The translations under genes were made by a program, and so were the position numbers. From the human T2T-CHM13v2.0 reference genome, Homo sapiens, in assembly GCF_009914755.1 (NCBI RefSeq), contig NC_060932.1: a stretch of DNA of 64,000 nt; one strand, 5' to 3'. Shown here piece after piece: positions 56,069 to 64,000 of the stretch; within the stretch, counting starts at the first letter, position 1; each line of letters starts with the position of its first letter. Under the pieces are notes generated by a model. That model was not told the DNA's origin, did not search any database, and was given only the letters and a program-made list of their open reading frames with translations.

Positions 56069-58524
56069 TAATCAGTTGTCGGTACTATATCTAGAAAGCA
56101 ATCTTGGAAATACGTGGTGATGCTCTTTAAAAATAGCTGAAAGGAAATTATCATTTGCTTATTCTTACTTTGTTCTTGTTTTGTCATATAGTATTTGAGA
56201 GGAGAGTATTTCTCATTGAATTTCCAAATCTGATATTTGCATTTATCATTTTTTAATGATGGAGAAAAAAGTTAGTTGTCTTACTCTGGTAAGTTTGGCA
56301 TAGGACCTATGACATTTTTGATGTGTTTGGTCATAATTCTGTTACTAGAATGCTGGCAATTAGATATATGCAAAGAATACCTAACTACTTTAATACAATG
56401 GTTTGAAGTACTGCAGGAAGTAATTCCCAAACACCAAATCACAGTGTTTTAATTTGTAACATGTTAGAGAAAATGATAGGATTTTTCTGCAGCATAAATA
56501 TCCTATTAACTAAGGCCTGTGCTGTTAAGTTACAGGGCTTTGACTTTTGAGTCTAAAGAAAGCACCAATCCCTGCTACATTTTGAGCATTGACACCAGTT
56601 GAGCATCATCACTAGACTAGGGAGAAGGTGACAATCAAAATGTATTGCTTTTGTGAGACATAGGGTCAGGAATTAAAACTATGTAATTCTCTAAGACCAG
56701 AGACTATTGTGGAAGAGATGGGTGCTTACAATTATAAGCGCCGATTTTGCGGGATAAGATTACTTCAGAGTTTTTCTATAAATTAAACATTAATATCAAA
56801 GGCACTCTGATACAAGGCCAGCATCTGGGCCCATGTGTTGGAATAACAGGGTTTTCTTGGACCATTGATCTGGTATTTAATAGAAAATTGGAAAATGTTA
56901 TAAAAAGTTTATGGAAATCTTATGGTCAAACTGATTAAAAGTAGGCAGATTTGTTTATGAGGTTTTATTAAAATCAACTTTCACATTTATTATACACCAT
57001 GTAAAGGCAAACGTTTTCTCTTTTGAACAAAATGTTTGTGTAATATTGAGAGAAAATATTTTGTTTACCTTCTGAGCAAACTGCAGGGAGAAGATGGAGG
57101 AAGGAGAGACAGATATAGCTGGCCTCATGGTGTCTGTATTAGGTCTTATTGTTTGGGAAACTGAGTCTCCTCTATCAAAAGGTAAAAGTTTTTGTTTTAT
57201 CATTATGGATAAATGAATGACTGTCTTATGGTAATCAGTGATCCTACTTTATCATATCAAATTTCTTAAAACCTTGATACTTCACAGACTTTCAACAAAA
57301 TTCCAGGTTCTAAATTTAGTCTTTTTGATCTTAAACTACCTTTTTTGATATGAGGTTCCCTGAAGTCCAAGAGAGACATATTAGGCTTATTAGGTTTATT
57401 TGTTATGTTAGTGGAAATATTGTCAAATCTGAGGTGGTGTTTACCTTCCTTTGGGTTATATTTATACAGATGTTTTGTTCATATGTGGTCCAGGATAGTA
57501 TGACATTCCTAAAATTCTTAATGTATGTTGTAATTATTATGTTAAATTGTTGTATGCCACATAAATAACCAAATTTCCTTGTCAACCGTGTCTTTAACTA
57601 TGGCTGTGTTAAGACTTTTGTCATCCACAATTGATGTTTTGCTTTGATCCTTCTCAGAAAAAGTGACTTATAATCAGCTACAGTCCAGGGCTTGCTTCTT
57701 TGGAGGAGTTCATGAAAAGGACTATTGAATGCAGGTTTCTGATAACTTTGGAGATTGTGCCCTTGGTTGGAGAGAAAATTTGCAGGGCACTAATTGAAAG
57801 ACTGCTGTGTTCATAAAGATTACTAACCCAGTATGAAGCAGCGAAGGTGTTGACATGCATGGACTGAACTAATGGAGAACAGAAATGATTTTTTATGGTG
57901 CTTTGGTTTGAAATATTGTGGATTGTTTTTGTTTTGCTTTTCAGAGTCTGGAGAGTTTTTTTCTTTTGAGCTACTTATAGTATTGAAATATACTTTATGT
58001 ATATTGAGTAGAGTATATTTTGTAAACAGAATTTGAGTCATTTCTTGGTCTGCCTAATTTCTCCAGAATTTGTAAGCTATTTGCAAATATTCATAATTAA
58101 TGGCAATGTGTCTGTTTGCATACATTTAATAACCACAAGTTTTCTTTTGTAATGGTTATTTTCTCAGGGCTCTGACTGAAATGGCCATATGAGAGGTTCT
58201 GCCAAAGCCAATTTAGGAGAGCCTATGTGAACAATAATTCTTGCTGCACTTCATGTGGGTAATCAGGCCAAGTATATGGGACCGAAACATATTTTGCAGG
58301 TAGATTTGTCCTACTCTGTTTTGTCTTTGGAAGTGGGGGACTGGAGAGAGGAATATTGTATGTCAGAAGAAAACTCTATAAGAGTAAACTTTGATTCCTA
58401 GGTGGCTACATGGTCACCCATAGTATGGAGCTGACTGTGGCACCCCTCTTCATCATGAAACAGCCAGAAAGACTGACAGCCTTTCATGATTAAGGAATTT
58501 ATAAACAAAACAGAAAGGGGGAAC

Positions 58525-58968
58525 TGAAACCAACCCAGTAATCCCATAGATCGTTCTTTTGGATGAACATAGAAATTGACCTTTCTGGTCTTAAGGCATG
58601 AAACTTATATTTGTTTTATCTGAGTTCCTTCCTCAGAAAAGGACTTTCAGGCTCTCAAAAAATATATGGAAAAACTGAAACTCACCAGATTACCACATCC
58701 TGACAATGGGGCTCTGAATTTCTCATTCATCATGTTGCTTCCCTGCCCCTCCTAGTTCCTGTTTTGTTTACACATTATTACATTTTGTCCCTGCTATATA
58801 AGCCTCTAATTAGAAGTCAGGGAGATGAACTTGAGACTGAGGTTCCATCTCCTTGGCTGCGGCACTCAATGAAAGCCTTCTTCTTCGGCAATACTTGTTG
58901 TCTCAGTGATTGGCTTTCTGTGCAGCAAGCAGCAGGACCTAGACCAAATCCCTGGTGTTTCAATAACA
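58525..58968 (+). mobile_element. LOR1/LTR26-like 3' LTR
   Basis: 'tgaaaccaaccca...catagaaattgacc...ctgagttccttcctcag...caataaca' directly after the PPT. Confidence 0.8.
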
Positions 58969-59402
58969 AGATTAGCATCAGTGTCCTATTACCTAGATTG
59001 AGAAAGAGTACAATATCAGTATCTTGGATTCTCTGTTGTACCCCACAATCATAGCTTCTTCTGCTCCCTCAGGATTAATCAACTTTCTAAATTTTGTGTA
59101 ATGACAATCTCTTTATAAAAATAGTTTTATTTCCAAAATATGTACATCTATATAATATATCATTTAGTTTTTATTATTTTTAACAATTTTTGTATTCTAA
59201 ATATCTTCTTTCAGTTGCTACTTTCTCTTATTGCAAAGTTTTTGAAATGTGTCGATGTTGTTGCATGTAGTTGCAACAACTACATGTAGTTCATTAATTT
59301 GTGAGAATATGTAGTATTCCATAATATAAATGCACCAAAATATATGTGTACATTTTACTTCTATTAAATGTTCAGCTAGTTTCCTCTTTTTTAAATGGTT
59401 CT

Positions 59403-60173
59403 ATGAGCGAGACAGAGGAGGGACTCCCTTTTAGAGGCCTCTTGGACCCCCTAAACATGGAAATAAATGAAAATTTAAGTTTCTTCAAGGGAAATTCCAG
59501 ACACCTAGCTAGCCCTGAAATGTAAATAAGCAACTTAATAAGAAAGAAGGAAGGTAATAGTAGCTTAAAACAATAGCCAAGGAAATTATAGTCAGGAGAT
59601 GTTTGGTTCTCTATAGAAACTAAATGTAACATCTTAAAAAATGTTCCTGACTTGTTTATTTGAAACATCAAGCTCCACTGAACAGATTCCATGGCAGTAC
59701 ACTTCAGATAATGGGAATTGAAGACTGAACTCTGACCACAATTCCTTGTTCTAAATTTCCTCCTGAGGTGCCTGGAGGGAGTCACATGCAGAAACCAGAG
59801 CTAACAGTCTTTTCTGCTGGCCCAAAATTTTTAAACAAAGCTTCTTCCTTAGCCAATTGCAAATCAGAAAATCTTTGAACCTCCCTATGAATCCTGGTTC
59901 AAGATATCCTGCCCTTTTAGGTGAAAAGCAATGTGTAACCTCCATGTATTTATTTATGATTTTGCCTTTAATTTCTGCTTTCCTGAAATTTACTCCTGTC
60001 TTTAAAAAGTCTTACTTTAAAGCCATTGAGGAGGTCAGAGTTTAACCATAGTTGCCTGAGTCCCTTTGCTTGGTGCCTTGCAAATAAATACTTTCCTTTC
60101 TCCTGCTATAAAACCTTGGTGTGGATATCTGGTTTTACTGTCCTGGGCGAGTAGATCATAGTTTGGTTCTATA
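59403..60173 (+). mobile_element. ERV1 solo LTR (MER49-like, tentative)
   Basis: 'catggaaataaa...cttcaagggaaattccag...cacctagctagccctga', poly-A signal 'caaataaa', 3' end 'tttggttctataa'. Confidence 0.65.
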
Positions 60174-60466
60174 AAATGAACAGTCCTATATTTTGCCACT
60201 TAATGCTACATATGCAAAAGTTTCTTTAAGCTGATATCTAAGAGCAAAATGGCTAGGCCAAAAAAATTTGCACATTTTAATTTTAATAGGTAATGCCAAC
60301 TTTTTTTTTCCAAAGTTGTTGTGATTTATATTTTTATCAGCCATGGCTGAGTTGCTATTGCCTCACATTTTAATGTACATTTGGCTTAATCTGATTTGTC
60401 ATTTCACCAATTAGGTGCATATGCAATGGCATCTCATTTTGATGTTAATTTACATTTTTGTGATTA

Positions 60467-61128
60467 TGAGGCAGGAGAATAGGGTCAGGAGGCAGGAAAC
60501 TTAAGGCCAATTCATGCTGAGTCAAGGAAAAACACCAAGGTCTGGGGGAAGCAGGAAGTCTAAGGTCAATTGTTGCTAACTTCCCAAAGGTGGTTCAAAA
60601 GAAAAACACTTGAATATGGGGAGCAGAGACCCCAAGGCCAATTAACACAAACTTCCTAAAGCTACTCCAAGGGAGAAACCCCATCTCTCCATGCTGAGTA
60701 ATAAAGGATCACAGGCTACTCTCCCTAAACCCTCTCCCTTCCACCAGGTCTCAGATGGAAAGGGAGAGTGCCCTGGATTGGCTGTGGGCCAAGCAGGGAC
60801 CATCCTTTCATCTGCATAGGCCGCCAATTCACCTCAGCCCTGAATTAGCCATGAACCAAATCCTTCATCCAGATAAGGAGTAACCAATAGGAACCTCAAA
60901 TGGAGTACTTAAAAGTCCAGGAAACCTTGTAACTGGGCCCTTGAGCTGCTTGCCCTGGGCCCACTCACACCCTGTGGAGTGCTTTCTTGCTTTTATAAAT
61001 CCTTGCTTTCACTGTTTCATTCCTGTGTTTTGTCCCTTTGTTACTCTGTTTGTGTGTTTTGTCCAATTCTTTGTTCAACATTCCAGGGACCTGGACAGCT
61101 CACACTCAAGGTCTGCCTTCCAGTAATA
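60467..61128 (+). mobile_element. MER51-group solo LTR
   Basis: 'tgaggcaggagaatagggtc...gtccaattctttgttcaa...cagtaata'; perfect TSD ATTA. Confidence 0.88.
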
Positions 61129-61221
61129 ATTATTAATGATATATGTATCTTTATATAATTATGAGCCACTTATATTTGCTCTTCTGTGAAATGACTGCTT
61201 GTATCTTTGCTCATTTTTTGC

Positions 61222-61335
61222 TTTTAGACAGATGGGGGAGGGCCAAGAGTTTGTCTGCTTCTCAGTTGCCTTCAGCTCAAAATAATTCTCATGCCAAAGT
61301 GGCATATTTTGAGTGGCATATTCTGCTACCCTTCA
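61222..61335 (-). mobile_element. MER34 5' fragment
   Basis: Reverse complement 'tgaagggtagcagaatatgccactcaaaatatgccactttggcat...ttttgagctgaaggcaactgagaagcag'. Confidence 0.75.
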
Positions 61336-61444
61336 AAAGTTTGGCAAGCTGAGTGGATAGACATCGTTCTGAGATAATCCAAGAAAATAGTCACAGAACT
61401 CTCACCTGTGCATGAAGTGGACAAGGATGTATTCTTGAAGAGCC

Positions 61445-61610
61445 GGCTTGGCGCAGTGGCTCACACCTGTAATCCCAGCACTTTGGGAGGCTGAGGCAGG
61501 TGATGCTTGAACCTGGGAGGCAGAGGTTGCAGTGAGCCAAGATCATGCCACTGCACTCCAGCCTGGGCGAAAGAGTGAGACTTTGTCTCAAAAAAAAAAA
61601 AAAAAGAAAA
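61445..61610 (+). mobile_element. Monomer-length chimeric AluS (left-arm start fused to right-arm end)
   Basis: 'cccagcactttgggaggctgaggcagg' runs into 'ttgaacctgggaggcagaggttgcagtgagcc'; TSD AAGAGCC. Confidence 0.9.
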
Positions 61611-63499
61611 ATGTAAGAGCCTATGTGTCCCCTTAATGCTGATTGTGACCTGCGGCAGTATGGAGGTGAAGGAGTGATGGGCGACCCCTGTTTTCTGAGT
61701 GCATCAGTGACAGGTTCACCTGCCTTCCTCACCTTCCCTCTGTCAAACTCTTGCCTCGCTACTGATGGGCCTCTCTTCTCCTTTTCCTCACACAATTCTT
61801 CTCTGTTCTCTTTACTTCCTTTGTGTTGTTGTTTGCTAATTTCACTCTGCGCTCATATTTGGGCCTTATCTGAAAATGGCTGTGAAGCTTGTCATGGTGC
61901 GCCTACTATTGTAATTGGATGCACAGCATGGGTTCTGTTTTTGCCTTTGTTTTCACAAAGCAAGGTACAAATGATTGGTTTCTAATGCTATTTTGAAAGT
62001 GGTTGATTTTCATCTGAATTAAACTGTGTTTATTTTCAGCTCCATGCTTGTATGTTGGGGGAAGGGCATGTGTGTGTGTGGGCATGTGTGTATGTGAGAT
62101 TCAGAATCAATTCCTACTTTCTCCATAGCATGATACCCATAGCAATTCATTCTTAACAGGGAAGATTACAATTGAGGTCAATCATCCCTTCAAATTTGCT
62201 CATAAATACATTCATAGAATGACAATTTTGGATGAAAGGAAATATATAATAAATGAGAATAAAAAAGTATATTGACAATGTGCTTGAAACATTGAAAAAA
62301 GAAAAGTCAGTCATTAAAGACTTTTAAAAAATTGCTTGATTAATAATGATTGAGTTTTTATATTTTATCCAGATTTATTAACTTTCATGATACAAAATAC
62401 TCCTAAGTGATTTCAGAAACTACCAAATATATTTATCCCAAGTCATTCTAGTTTTAAAAATTAATAACTTTTGCATAAATGCTGGACTACAGAGTCCCTA
62501 TGAACATTGCTCAATGGCTTTTACTATAATTGAAACATGAAAAGTTCCAATCAGTACATTTAATGGTGTTGGACTCTAAAGATTTCTATATGCAAAGAAG
62601 TGTGAATTAAAAACAACTGTTAAAGTAATTACAATCTCCTTCAGTGAAACTTTATGGAGTCTCTTTCTGCTACTTCTAGTGAAGCTCCTCATTGGCATAC
62701 TCTCACTATACAGGTTTTTAATTAAATTATTCCTTGATTATGTTACCCCAATTCCATATTCCTTGTAGACCCAAATTCTTACCCAAAATCCTAGTTGTCA
62801 TCTCACTAACACAACATGTTTCCTCTTGTCATGGTCCTGTCTTCCTAGCCAAACTGAAGCTGAGCAGCCCTCAGGTCCTGTGTTATCTTGGGAACTGCAT
62901 CGCTTCTTGAGCTCTCTTTTCTGAGATCACAAATGTCAATTTTCGAAGCAGCTATTTTAATGCTTCACAAATTTACATCTTATACAAAAATGTGTGTGTA
63001 CAGTAGTGTTGCGGTAAGGAAGACATGAATTACATGGAAACATATCTCCCCAGGCTAATAAAACAACAGTGTCACTAGCTCACGTTTCTGAACATCTTCA
63101 AATTTTTTCTCAAGCAAATGATGCAATCATTATTTTTAAATATTTGCATTGAATATTGACGTCGTTTCTCTAGTCTTATCTGTTCTTGAGGCTCGGGATC
63201 TGTGCTCTGCTTTTTGCTGAGCTGGTTCTAGGTTTGTATTGATTTATTCATTCCCTTCAGAGTTTCCTTGGAATTTTGTCTTTCACCCTTGGACTCCTAT
63301 TAACTCTCTTTTCCCAATTATCATGAATGATGTTCCTGTCTACCTATGATCCTTCAGGGATCTGAATTCAAGGGAAACTGGTATAACTTAATGTTGTCCA
63401 TTAGTTTCTTTGAATTTCTTCATCTTCTCTCATCTTTCTTCAGAAGAATTCAGACTAATATGTATTTTTAATTTATTCTAATGAAATATCTCTTATAGA

Positions 63500-63700
63500 A
63501 TTTACTTAGCATTAACCATGATTCAAGCACTGCAATAAATTCTTTGGTAGATATAATTATTCTCCCTTTTGTATGAAGAAACCAAGACTTAGAAATTGAA
63601 TAATATTTCAAAGTTCATGTAGGTATTAAGGGTTGGAAATAATATGTAAACCTAGGCGTGTGTAATTTTACAACTCAGCTCAAACCACTTATTATATGGC
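63500..63700 (-). mobile_element. MIR
   Basis: 'attattctcccttttgtatgaagaaaccaagacttagaaattgaataa...aaacctaggc'. Confidence 0.65.
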
Positions 63701-64000
63701 TTCTCATTTTTAGAGATTCTTAATGTTGGAATCGAGAATACTCTAAAAGTGTGATATGTAGCTCTTCCCTGGGAAAATATATTATTTTTTATCATATAAA
63801 CCATAGTAATTTAATAATACAAACCACAGTAACTTTTATCAAATGAGTAAAAAGAGAATTATACTTTTCTATAATTAAATATTTAGTTAAATATGTATAT
63901 ACTAGTAGGGATATAGCTTCTACATACTGCTTGTCTCCTATCCTCTGGTTTTTGTTTTTCTTTTTAACTTAGGGAGGAGCTGGGCTTATGGTGGATATTG

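Larger units (their letters stand above)
59030..61220 (-). mobile_element. Old L1ME 3' fragments hosting two LTRs
   Basis: 'gtagttcatt...gtagtattcca', 'atggcatctcattttgatgttaatttacatt', 'cttctgtgaaatgactg'. Confidence 0.65.

Overview
Eukaryotic, AT-rich, CpG-depleted primate genomic DNA; an L1PA2-like element, AluY and HERV-H LTR7 point to human or another great ape. Most of the window is interspersed repeat and no intact protein-coding gene is visible. Nearly all listed ORFs are repeat-derived or chance. 2.6-17.7 kb is a structurally complete but dead ERV-L (MLT2) provirus. It hosts a Ricksha MULE transposon (itself carrying an ERV-L/MLT2 piece, a MER4 LTR and an L1PA), MER11, MST/MLT1 LTRs, a whole MLT1A provirus, an Alu, and a local templated duplication of its own pol. 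Further on are nested ERV1 LTR clusters, a twin-primed L1PB, a long L1M and a LOR1-type ERV1 3' half. The most interesting signal lies in non-repeat sequence at about 48.8-51.5 kb on the minus strand: degenerate Ig-domain motifs, then an in-frame transmembrane stretch and a clean phase-1 mini-exon, suggesting a decayed Ig-superfamily receptor pseudogene (BTLA/IL-1R-like pattern). That call is inference by eye and needs HMM and cross-species checks. Repeat subfamily names are recalled from consensus sequences, not database hits.
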